NCBI GenBank assembly: GCA_050575255.1
Contig: JBNZDD010013553.1
Span: forward strand, 505,508-569,507
DNA length: 64,000 bases
DNA from: Harriotta raleighana
Taxonomy: Eukaryota
Direction: 5' to 3'
Shown here: in pieces, positions 36,401 to 48,400 of the stretch
How positions within the stretch are numbered: the stretch's first letter is position 1
How the letters are laid out: every line of letters starts with the position of its first letter
Position numbers and translations under genes: made by a program
The notes under the pieces: generated by a model
Database searches by the model: none
Told to the model about the DNA's origin: nothing
Seen by the model: only the letters and a program-made list of their open reading frames with translations

Positions 36401-39400
36401 TGGGAAGTTTCAGGATAATAAAATAATAATAGCAACCTATTTTCATTGGTAATCCAGCTCTGAAAATTGCTGATAATTTAGTATTTGGCATTTGAGTTCC
36501 TTGAAGATATGGCAACCATCCAAGTGGCATGAGACCAATAACGTTCAGTTCACGTGAACAAAGTATCAAGCAAGGCTTTAATTAAACATTGGTAGAGCCT
36601 AATTCTATAATTATATGTCCAAATTTCTCTGTTGAATAATTATTTGATAGCAAATAAGTGAGAATCATCTTATTGAGCAATGTTAGGACTGTATTTATTC
36701 ATGATCGTTAAATTTGATATAGCTTCTCTGAGGTCTCGAAGCACCAAAAGATTTATTGAAAAGGATAATGCCTGTATTTTGCCAATTTTGTCTGTAGCAA
36801 TTTGCACACAGCATTAAACAGACATGAATTGCGTGACTAGATTTTTTGGGGGTGAGGGGGTTCGGGGGATTATTGGCCAGGGCACAGGGGGAATCCATCC
36901 TTCTGAGATTTTAACATCCATCTATCTCAGATGCATTCAGCAGGTCATTTTAATTGAAGAATATTCAAAGTTGGATGCATTTTTAAGTTAAATCTACATT
37001 TTTCTTTTCCCCTTCTTTCTCTCCCACCCCCCCGCCCCCACCCTCTTTCAAAACCTATATTTTAAAATTCCAATTGGTAGATACCTTCTGAAAATGCATC
37101 GTGTGTATCAGAATTCTCCTTTCCCTTCCACTTTCTCCCCTCCATCTCACTGCCACCCACAGGCCTAAATGGTAAAGTTGATTCCCACCGGGGAGCACTT
37201 GTTATCAAGAATTTGTAATCATGTGGATGGTCTGTTACCAATTTAGAAGCAATCTTTTTTGTTTTTTTTCAAAACTTTATCCCTGCCAACATTTTGCTAG
37301 ATTCCTATCCTTGAAATTGTCCAGATGCTCTGAGCTGGCAGTTTCAGAGGGAGGCCAATCTGAGGGCAGGTCTACCCACACACCTCTTAGTGGTCAGACA
37401 ACTAGCGACAGCGGCCTGGGAACAAATTACTATACTTCTTTACCCATTTTCAAAAAAAAAGGGCTGTTGCGAATCCACTGGTCCATTGGCTTCAAAAGAG
37501 AAAGGTAGGCCAATATTTTGGGCTCCTTTCTCGATCCTATCAGATCAAGCTGCAGTAAATTTTCAGCTTCTTATGTTTTTGTTTCCTCGCAAAATGAGAT
37601 TATAGGGAAGGGTAGGTATGCGAGGGAGACTTAGGATGGGAAGGTCTTATCAAATTAAGGGGGAGATGAACAAGATGTACAAATTCACAGAAATGTCAGG
37701 AAACACGTGTGTTTTAAGCAGTAACTAGCCCTTTGCTGCTCAGCAATTTTTGGTGAGTTTTCTAGCTGATTGTGAGACTGATTTTTATTGTTTCACGTTC
37801 CACTGACAAAAAGTTTCATTAGTGGTCTCAAAATCTTGCTCTGTAATATAAGCAGGTGCATGTGCAGAAAGCAGGCTGTGTACTTCACCTGCAATGATAA
37901 TATCCAACCACATGTTTCTCAGTGTGATGTAGTATTTGATGAGAGATAGTGGAGGGAGAAAGCAATAGGAGTAGCCTCTAACATGGGATTAGTGCAGGGA
38001 GTCATCACAATCCCACCTATACACAGAACATAATATAAGAAAGGCACCCAAAAGTGCCCAAATGTATCTGAGACAACCAAAAAGAGTAAATCATCCTATC
38101 ATGGCTATCTTCCAAAACCTTTTGACCCAGATCGTGGGATGCAAAAATATGCTACAAATAGTAGGAGGTCATAAAATGGGTCTCTGTTGGAAGTCGAGGA
38201 GCCCATCCAGCCACAGTGACTTACTTCATGGTCCAATAGTAATGTGCCAACAGACCATCCACAGAATTATGTGAGAAGTACTGATTTGTTCTTGGCTAAG
38301 TGCAACATTGTAAGTGCTCTTGAGTAGAATAGGTCTGTGGAAATTTATTTGCTGATCTTTCATAGGCCATTGCTAGTTGATATTTTTGAGGCAGCCTGCC
38401 AGAGAGCGTTCCATTACTTCTTTTAATCTTTTCCGAGATTTCAATATTGAATTTTCATATTCCACGCTGTGGGAAAGGGATGCAAGGCTCACTGCATATC
38501 TACAAAATTGTCCATTGCACCTGGAGAGATCACAGGATTGTTCCAAAAGGGTAATCTGGCAGCAAAGACTATTGCTAAATATGGGAATATTGGCAGCATT
38601 CTTATTAGATGTGACTTAAATGTCTTTAATTAGGTAGTAGCTTTAATCATGTGGAACTTGGTTCCCTGTCATACACTGCACCATTCGGCATCTGTAAAAT
38701 GATGTTGTGCATCAGAAAACAATTATCAATCTGAATTCACCTCAGTGCAATCCACCTCAATATCTGCTTTCTGCAGTGTTAGCTTGTTTTTATTTCTGTA
38801 GTAATAAGTTATTGATTTGGATGCCTGAAATGTTTATTATTGTTTGTCTCATTCTCAATACAAATATTTTGGTAGAAATCCACAAACTTGACAAACTTCC
38901 TCCAAGGCAACTCTAGTATGTGATTTTTGGACACTTGTTTCCCCCTCAAGCCTGGTTGTTCGCAAAATTGGAAGTTTTAGCACACACTACCCACGAGTAG
39001 ATGCTCTACTTTCAACATAAAATTTGAAGTAGAGAAGAAAATTCTTTATGCTGTAATATGAATATCCTTCTAATAATTTTACTTGAACTATGTGACTTCC
39101 AGTGGATTTTGATGTTCATACACCAGGCTTGGACAGTTGTCAATTGCATTTCTGGGCTTATATGATCCAGAGAAACACATCTGGCAATGGCCCATGTCTG
39201 CTTATCAACCTGAGGCGGAAATACTTTACAATGCCTTCCAGATCCAAAGAAGGCATGATGTGTAGCCCTCCCTTATTTGAGAAGAATAGATGTTTATATT
39301 CCTAACTTCTCCAATGGAATCCAAATAAAGCCGTATGTTAGCATTTGCTGAATCGATTTCCAGTCGCTTAAGTGTGCCTGTTCCTCTGTACAGGTGCTGC

Positions 39401-42400
39401 TGTGGGCGGTTAGTGAGGCAGCATCTTGGCTTCACTGCAAGCCTGGCAGTCAAGTACTCCGATGTGAAATTGGGTGAGACTGAAAACTTGGAGCAAGAAG
39501 AATGGTCGGTGGAGAAACATACCAGCGAGAGTCCAACAGATGCTTATGGAGTCATTAATTTTCAGGGCGGGTCCCATTCATACAGGGCCAAGGTTTGTTT
39601 GATTCAAATTCTGTCTCTGGGGTGGTTCTACTAATCTCCAGTGCTGAGTTTACTGGTCTTCTTCCAACTTTAGGAATCATTCATAAGATTCCTAATTTGT
39701 CTGCAGTTTAAAATACTGAACAAGGGTTGGTTGGAAAAACTAAATTGAAATGCATAAATTGTGTGTTGCTGAATGCTCTTGTTAAAAATAACCTATTGAT
39801 CCACTAGAAAATTGTGTGTATGTCCTACAAGCCTGAAATGAGAATAACAGGCTGATGCTCCACTTTGCTGGAGTGCTTTTTTCCCTTCTGTAAAACAATT
39901 GACTTTTGCAATATAATTGCCGGAGTACTTTTGCAGTGATTTATAAAGAGCAGTACAATTAACCCTTTTGAAGAGTGCTGCAAATAGTTAAATCTGATGG
40001 GTTTGATGAGAGAGAAATATACATTGTAATCTTCCAAAAGCAGAAAACTTTCAAGTGTCATTGTGTCAAATTAAAACTAGATGCACTATTTTTGTGCGAA
40101 CACATTTGTGGGCCAAATGTGTTCACACATCTACGACCAGGTGAATTTCTAATGATGGAAGTTTTTTTTGATTAAATGTCCCTAAACGAAGATCGCCTCT
40201 TCATATCTTTCATCAGCCTTCACAATCATCTGCTCGGTAGCTTTTTACAAGTATCACTCCATAACTAACTATTTGTATGTGGCTGTTCTCTTCCCCTCCT
40301 TACTGGAAAAGTATTTAGTCTTTCTGAGGGCCTTCTAAAAGCCTGGATGTGTGAAGAGGTGGGATAGTCCTATAGCAGTCAGGTTGATGGAGTGTGATGA
40401 CTGAAATCTGCAGTTTTGTCAGAAACTGCAAGAACTAATTGTCTTTTCTATTCAAACTAGTATGTTAGATTATCCTATGATACTAAACCTGAAGCTGCTT
40501 TAAGACTTATGCTGAAAGAGTGGCAGATAGAACTGCCTAAACTCGTCATCTCTGTCCATGGAGGAATGCAAAACTTTGAACTCCATCCACGCATCAAGCA
40601 GGTTGTTGGCAAAGGGTTAATCAAAGCAGCTGTAACCACAGGGGCCTGGATTTTAACTGGAGGAGTGAATGCAGGTAATGTGAACCAATTTCTGTCAACC
40701 ATTGGATTTGTGCTGTATATCTAGCTGGTCGGTGAAGACTGTTCATATGAACCTGTCACCACTTTGTTCACTGTTTGACTACAAGGATGGCCATGTTGAG
40801 CATTTTTATTTGTTTGTATGTTGACCAGTTTGTACTGCTTAGTTTTTTTTTAACCAACTTATTTTTAAAAAAAATTCTGAACCTACTTGAACTCTTTGCC
40901 CTCTTCTTCCTCTGTCACGCCACCCCTCTTTCCCCCCCCCCCACCCACCCCCATTGAATTAAACACTCCTGATTTATGCACCCACAACTTTGTTATTCCT
41001 AAAGCTAGGTGATCAAGGAAATTGTTTATTACCCATATTGCTTGTCGATTTGAATTGAGCACAACAAAGTTTACTGGCAACCAAAGCTAAACAAAGACAC
41101 TACTGTTGTAGCATTGGAAACTAGTGAATGTAGTTCTGACTGGAAGTCAAACCATTGTTCAATCAGTTTTTAATAATGAGATCGCCAATGTATTTTACAT
41201 GAATTTACTTGAACTCTTCAGCCAAAATGTTTCTGTGAAAGTATAATAATAATAATCCTCAAGTTTCATATATGCTTTTGTGTATATTGTAGCATGTTAC
41301 AACAGAGAAACAGCCAGTCTTTGGCCCATCAAGTCTGCACTAATGTTTTTTGCCACATAAATCACTTGATCTCATCCCACTGACCCTTTTCAAGCATCTT
41401 AAATCAGTTTCTAGTTTAAAGCATGCTCTTGTCTTGAATATTTAATAGCACATGTTCTGCATTTCAATCATTCTCTGTGCAAAAACATTTGTTTGCTAAC
41501 TTTATTTTTCTAAATTAAATTACGCCATCAAATGATTTTGATCTATGATTCACTCATTTTTGTCGGACAAGATTCATCTGTCCTCACTATTATTGGTTGA
41601 TGTGGGGATGATGTTATTGCTCTATTTACTAGGTGTGGTGAAACATGTTGGTGATGCAATGAAAGAACATATTTCACGTTCATCTCGGAAGATTTGCACA
41701 ATTGGAATCGCACCCTGGGGTGTGATTGAAAATAGGAATGACCTTATTGGAAGAGATGTAAGCATGTTATTAACCTTCAATTTAGCTGTTGTTGAATTTT
41801 TTTTAGTGGGTGGGAAAGCTTGAAAATGAAAATAACCAAATGAATACCTTTTGTTTTGCAGTTTGTTGCCCCATACCAGACTTTGTTGAATCCCTTGAGT
41901 AAGTTGAACGTCTTAAATAATTTGCATTCCCATTTCATCTTGGTGGATGATGGAACAGTCGGGAAGTACGGCGCCGAAGTCAAGTTCCGGAGAGAACTGG
42001 AAAAACACATCAATCTTCAGAAGATTCATGCAAGTGAGTTCTGTGGTTATTGTGCAAGTTGTGGAATGACTGATGCATATAAGAGAATCTATATATAAAC
42101 CAGAAACATCATACACAGTTGGTGTAGCGTTCTTTGGCAAAAAAAAAAAAGATTTAGAGATGGCTAGTGATTATATGGTAAAATATCTGTTGAGTAATTT
42201 TTTCAGGGTACAAGGTTAATCAAGTGATGGAATGACAAGTTGACTTGTTTAATTGAACTCTTGTGTAACTAATTTTGGCAATGCTTGGAGTATAGTTTTG
42301 AGCATCCTATTTTCTAAATAGCATTAATTCTCTTGAGTCCAGAGAAGAATTAAATATAATTCTGGAACTTCAAAAAGGTTTCCAAACCAGAAGCTCACAG

Positions 42401-45400
42401 ATTTTAAGTTATTCAAATAGAAATACAGTAAAAGCCCGTTTATCCGGCACCCATGGGACCTGGCCAGTGCTGGTTAAAAGGCTTTCTAGTTGAATTTTTA
42501 AAAATGAATTATTTGAACACATACCATATTAATAATAGACTAAATAATAACAGACAATAACAATATTGTATGGGTATTTTATTGTAAATGTTGAACAATA
42601 CTATGTAAATAATAGACTAAATACACTAATGACATATAATAACAGAATATTGTATTAGTACTTTATTATTTATATTTAATTTTTGCAAGGCCCCCACGGG
42701 AGGAAAACAAAATGGCAGCACGATTTAAAAAAAAAAACGGCAGTAGAGCGCCTTTAGGCTCGACTAGAGGCCAGCCGAAATACCTACATAGTAATCACGT
42801 GCGACAATCGATTCATTAAATGCCTCATCACTATTCTGCCGGATAACTTCCGGTTCATCAAATCAAGACTTTTTTTTTGAGGTCTGGTTCAACGGGTTTT
42901 CCGATTCATCGAGTCACGGATAAACAAGCTTTTACTGTAGGATATAACATTGACAATATTCTTGCCAATCCAATTGAAATCATTAATCCAACAGATCAAT
43001 CCGAAATCCTTCTGGCTGCTCTTTGAACCTTTTCTAGTTTCTTCTGTGTCCTTTTTTTTGTTCAGTTACGAACAGTTTGTCGATTATATCACAGAATTAG
43101 TCTGTTATAACCAAGTACTTCAATGCTCTCCAAATGTTGTTCCGTTTTCAGCATGTCATTTGCTTTGTTGGCATCTGCTTCAGATTGACTTAATTTATTC
43201 ACCATGCGATCATTGATCACAGCCAAATCCTTTCCTTACCAAATGCTGCGAGTTACCACCCTCGCTTTGTATATGTATGTTTACCATTTATTTTCCTAAA
43301 ATCATTTATCTAACATTTATCCACATTAAAATTTATTCTCAGCTCATCTACTTAATGGGTCCAGATCCCTCTGAATATTATTGAACTTCTTATTCCATCA
43401 TCTGGCCACATATCTTTGTGTCTCTGTGAATGTTATACTGGCGTATTCACTCTAGTGCCCCATTTTTGTCATTTTGCCTATATAAGAGTTGCTATTTTTG
43501 CAAGTCTCATTGTATAAAGTCCTTACTAATGTTCTGACATAGTACTATTATCAATTCGAAGTGTTTATTTTTATTTTTTGATTAATTTATATTTATTTTA
43601 TGCTTTTCTTCCTCTTTGTAGGCAGCTCTGGTCTATGCATCATTCCTAGCCAAGGGAATGGGCATTACTGGTAAATATTTCAATAAAAAAAAACAACTAC
43701 AGTTTTTAAAAATCTGGACCCATATGTCTGTGCATGTTAAGCTTTCGCATAGACTTTTTCTACCTACTGCCCTTGTGTGGATTGAAGTATTTAGGTTCTC
43801 TTGTCTCTTTCTCCTCATCTTCCCTTCCTTCCCATTTAACTTTAACTTCAGAAGTGTTTGTCGCAGTTGTGGAGCATGTGAATTCCTCAATTTCACCCTG
43901 TTTTTTTTTACAAAGTGGGGTTTTGATTGTGATGGTGAGGAATGCTCAGAGGTGCAATTTAAAGTCAAATTCCTTCCCCTATCTACTTTAATGGGGGTCT
44001 AACATGTGCTGATTCAAACCGGATTCCTGACGGGAACACTGCTTTTCAAAGCACTCTGCTGGGAATATCAAGATGGTATACTTTTTTGGTATACTTTGTA
44101 TGATGTGCATCAACAGGAAAAATTAGACACCTCAGGTCCTGTTTTTAATCTTGAGTCCTCATCTAATTGACATCCAAGTCAGGCCTGGATGTTGTTTGCC
44201 AGAGTACCTTGTTTTAAATACTAAGAGTGTGAGAAGCAACTCCAAAAGGAGCAATTTTCCTTGGTATCAGGGATTAATATCGAAAATGATAGAATGCTTC
44301 AGAAAAACTGAGATTTCTACTCTGTTGTTTTGCCCATTAGCTCGATGATGGAGCTGAAGCGTGTTATAGTGAAAGCAGTTCTCTTTTTTTCCCACCCATT
44401 CCAATTTCTACTGAGTTTTCAGTAAAAACTTTGGTGCTTGGTACTGTGTTAAGATATTTTGCTTCTTTTTTTTCCTTATAGGAATTGGCCAGGGAGTGCC
44501 AGTAGTAGCTTTGATATTTGAAGGTGGTCCTAATGTGATCCCCACCGTGCTAGACTATCTGCTGGAGAGCCCCCCTGTGCCTGTCGTGGTGTGTGAAGGA
44601 ACTGGTCGTGCTGCAGACCTACTAGCCTATGTGCACAAACAGACTGAGGAAGAAGGGTAAGAAAACTCATGTGTTCTTTATTTTACATCTTATTGATACT
44701 TTCATCTCCCAATTATTAAAGCCCATGCAATATTAACACAAGCACAGCTTTTCTTTACCCAGAGGATAATGAATGACCTGGAACAGGTTCCTAGGATGGT
44801 GGCTAAAAGAGGAAATAGCAACTTGTGCTATGATGGAGGATGATGCTGTGGAAGGATGAAGTTGGCTGAAGAGCCTTCTTCATCTGACCTAATCTTGAGA
44901 TCGTTATTATTATGTGAAAATTGTATTATTGTTATTATTGTGGAGTCCTGTAGTTCAGTGGTTAGACCACTTGCCTTGCAAGTGAGAGACTTGGGTTCAA
45001 TTCCCAGCAGGGTGAAATCTTGGGCAAGTTTCTTTACTCAACATGCCTAATAATATTCTCTCAAAAATAAATAAATAACACTGAGGATCATCTTTGTTGC
45101 TCTCCTCTGCACTGTTTAATAATTTCCTCAGCTTTCATATAAATTTATATGCAGTGGAGACCCATTATAAAGCAGGTGGACTCACACTTGGTTTCATGTG
45201 TTACACGTGAACAGGAAGTGATAATGCACAACTTAACAATCCGTGCTAGTATTTTACATTGTTACAAATATTTTAAACATACCTCGTAAACCTCTGGAAA
45301 TGTTTGCCTTTCACCCAATGGTTGTTGAACTTTCCTTTGAAAAATTTGGTTTCAAGATTCAGTCTTTATCTGTAAATAAAACTTTTGTCCTTGCTGTCTG

Positions 45401-48400
45401 ACGTGTTTATTGTTCTCTGTTACATAATTTTAATGGAACCTTGGAATTATGGAACGTAATTTTAATGGAACCTTGTTTGAAGTGTTTTATGAGCCATTGC
45501 GTTCAGCTGGTCTGCTTTGCGTTACATTTCCGTAGAATACTTCCAGATGGATTGGAATTGGAAATCATCACAACAATCAAAAAAACCTTCAACTTTAGCC
45601 AAAGCGAGGCACAGCATCTATTCCAGACTTTGATGGAATGTATGAAGGCTCGAGAACTTGTAAGTTCTATCATAAAATTACACTGCAGGAACGGAAAGGT
45701 GTAATAGGTTACCCTGCCAGTGTATTACCTTTTTGTCAATCTGTGTTTGAACGTGTCTCATACTGATGGAATATATGTATCCACTCTCTGTTTGTGGGGC
45801 AGGATAGTCAGAAATAAAGTATCAAGGAAAGAGAAAATTGCTTTGCAATTTGGCACAAATGTACTTTAAAATTGATAGTCTCATGAAGAAGCTTTAAGGA
45901 TGATAAGCATTGAGAATAGAAATGTTGAAACTAGTTCAGTAATTCACTTTTTAAGATTTAAGTATCTTATTTGGAATGGAGCGCAAATACTTTTTTCTTA
46001 CACCTATTTTGTGCTGGAATTGTGAACATTTTTATACCCTGAACTAGTGCTGTCTTTCCACCCTTTGACTAACACTGAGGATTCACCTCTATATTGCCTG
46101 AAAGTGCTTCATTACGGTTTCATTATTTGTGTGATAAATGATCATTGCATCTCTTCAGACTTGGGTAAAAAATGAAAACAAATGTTTAAAGTCAAATAAT
46201 TTGAAGTGCTGCAAAACCACAATAGATCAATCTCCAATGATGTTTTTATTTTACTAAAATAATTTTTTTTTCCTGACTTTCTCTCCCCGCCTCCCCCCAC
46301 CAGCCAAGAGTAATGTTAAATGAAAATAGTAAAGTCCAAATTTTGAGTGGCAAGTAACTTAATGTGTGTTCTCAGATTACAGTGTATCACATTGGATCAG
46401 AGGAGCATCAGGACATAGATGTGGCCATTCTAACGGCATTGTTAAAGGGTAAGCGTTGCTGCTTTAAATGTTGTAACAGTCCTTAACTGTAGTTGGCCAT
46501 AAAGTTTGGCCTACAAAATTCCCACCAATTTATAATCTTCAATATTAAAAAAGCAGATAATATTTCACCAAGCGAACGATCAAGCCAGTCCTGTCAGGTC
46601 AAGTAACTTGTAAACTTGTGGACCAGAGTTATGTGATAATAAAACTGGTAAATGCAACTGTCACTGACTCTTAAGTGCTAATTAATAAATGTTGGTCAAA
46701 CTTTCATCCATTGCAGATGCATTTTTCAGTGCAGAGAGGAGCGAGTCCAGTGCATGTCTGAGAATGAGTGATGCCCGGGACCAGGAATCCTGCATTCCAA
46801 GCTTCTGCTCTGAACACTATAGTGTTCAGATCAGGAATTGAGACATTGGAAAGGCCCAGAGTGAGGCATGATAGTCGGAAATAAAGTATTGAAGAAAGAG
46901 AAAATGGCTTGTGTACTATATATCCAACAGCTGAATTCAGTGATAGCAGAGAGAGAGAGAGAGCTAGATTGCCAAGTTCAACAAAAAGAGTAGTGTACTC
47001 GACAGTTTGGTAAGAATTAAAGAAAGTGAGAACTAGTGAGAAAAATATTCCTTTTCTAATATACTAAGTTGTATTTAGTTTAACCTCTCATGTGTAAGAG
47101 AGGTTGGTGTAGAATTTCAACAAAGTTGTGGTTACAGTACAGATCCTACATTCTGACGTGCAGAAGCATTTTAAATGTCTCACTCCACCCTTAGCCCCCG
47201 GTGTGAGTTCAGCAGACGTCACAAGAAGACCCAGTGGAGTGATAGTGCCAATACAAGAAAGATATAGTGTTATCCAGGCAGTATCCTTGACCTGCATACC
47301 TTTAAATAAATGATTGTTGATTATCTCATTCATACACCAATTAACTTTAACAGATTAAGTATTTCCAACAGCATTTTGGACTTTTTTTGTTCATTTAAAT
47401 CCAGGTACCAGCTTGTCTGCATTTGACCAGTTGATCTTGACTCTTGCCTGGGATAGAGTGGACATTGCCAAGAATCACACATTTGTTTATGGGCAACAAT
47501 GGCTGGTATGTAAATATTGACTCCCAGTACAGCCTCTGAAATGGGTAATGTTCAAATCGGAGTGAGTGTATGGCATGGACACAATGTAGCTTGTGCTGTT
47601 CACTGATTTGATCTTCAATGCGCTATCAGGAATTTGACAGATCAACTTTACAGTATGTTAAGCTGCATCAAAAATAGGTATCCTACTCAATATTCATGAT
47701 TTGCGCTGATCACGAGGTGGGTTTGGGTTGAGAGGAGGGAATTCCAGCCTTCCTTGGAATACACAGATATTTTTTCTTTATAGCTATCTGCTTATACATT
47801 TTCCCCCCAGAAACAAAAATGCAAGTCAAGTTTTTTAATTTATTAATTGGTCCATTTTCTATTTTGTGACTTGACCTTAGTTTGCAGTTCCTGTACAAAA
47901 CACTTCCTTGTTAAGTTCGGGTCCCGACCTGAATGTTCAGTGCCTTAGGACATCCTCCCAACATGAAAGGCGCTCTAAAATGTAATTCTGTTTTGATTGT
48001 TGTTGATTATTGACAAAGGTAAATGTGAAGCTGCATCATACACTAAAATCTTTTAGAAACGGAAAATTATTCAGATGCTTTTATTTTCAGTGAAAATATG
48101 GTCAAACTTGTAAAATTGTAGCCATTTGGCCTTGCCTGTTGTTATTTGTATGGTCGTGGCATTTTGAAACCAACTACATTTTGTTTTTTGCTGCAGGTTG
48201 GGTCATTGGAACAAGCAATGTTAGAGGCGCTTGTCATGGACCGAGTGGAATTCGTGAAACTTCTTATTGAGAATGGAGTGAGCATGCACAAGTTCCTTAC
48301 AATCCCTAGGCTAGAAGAACTGTACAATACAGTAAGTGTGGAACTGTTATTCACTGTTTGAAAACCCAGGTGGATGAAGAAAGATGTGCGCTATAGTATT

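Larger units (their letters stand above)
15244..39477 (+). other. TRPM7 uORF1 overlapping the main CDS out of frame (spliced exons 1-4, 120 aa)
   Basis: ATG at 15244 in context gtcgcacaattATGaaa; no stop in this frame across exons 1, 2 and 3 until TGA 39475-39477 in exon 4. Confidence 0.8.
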
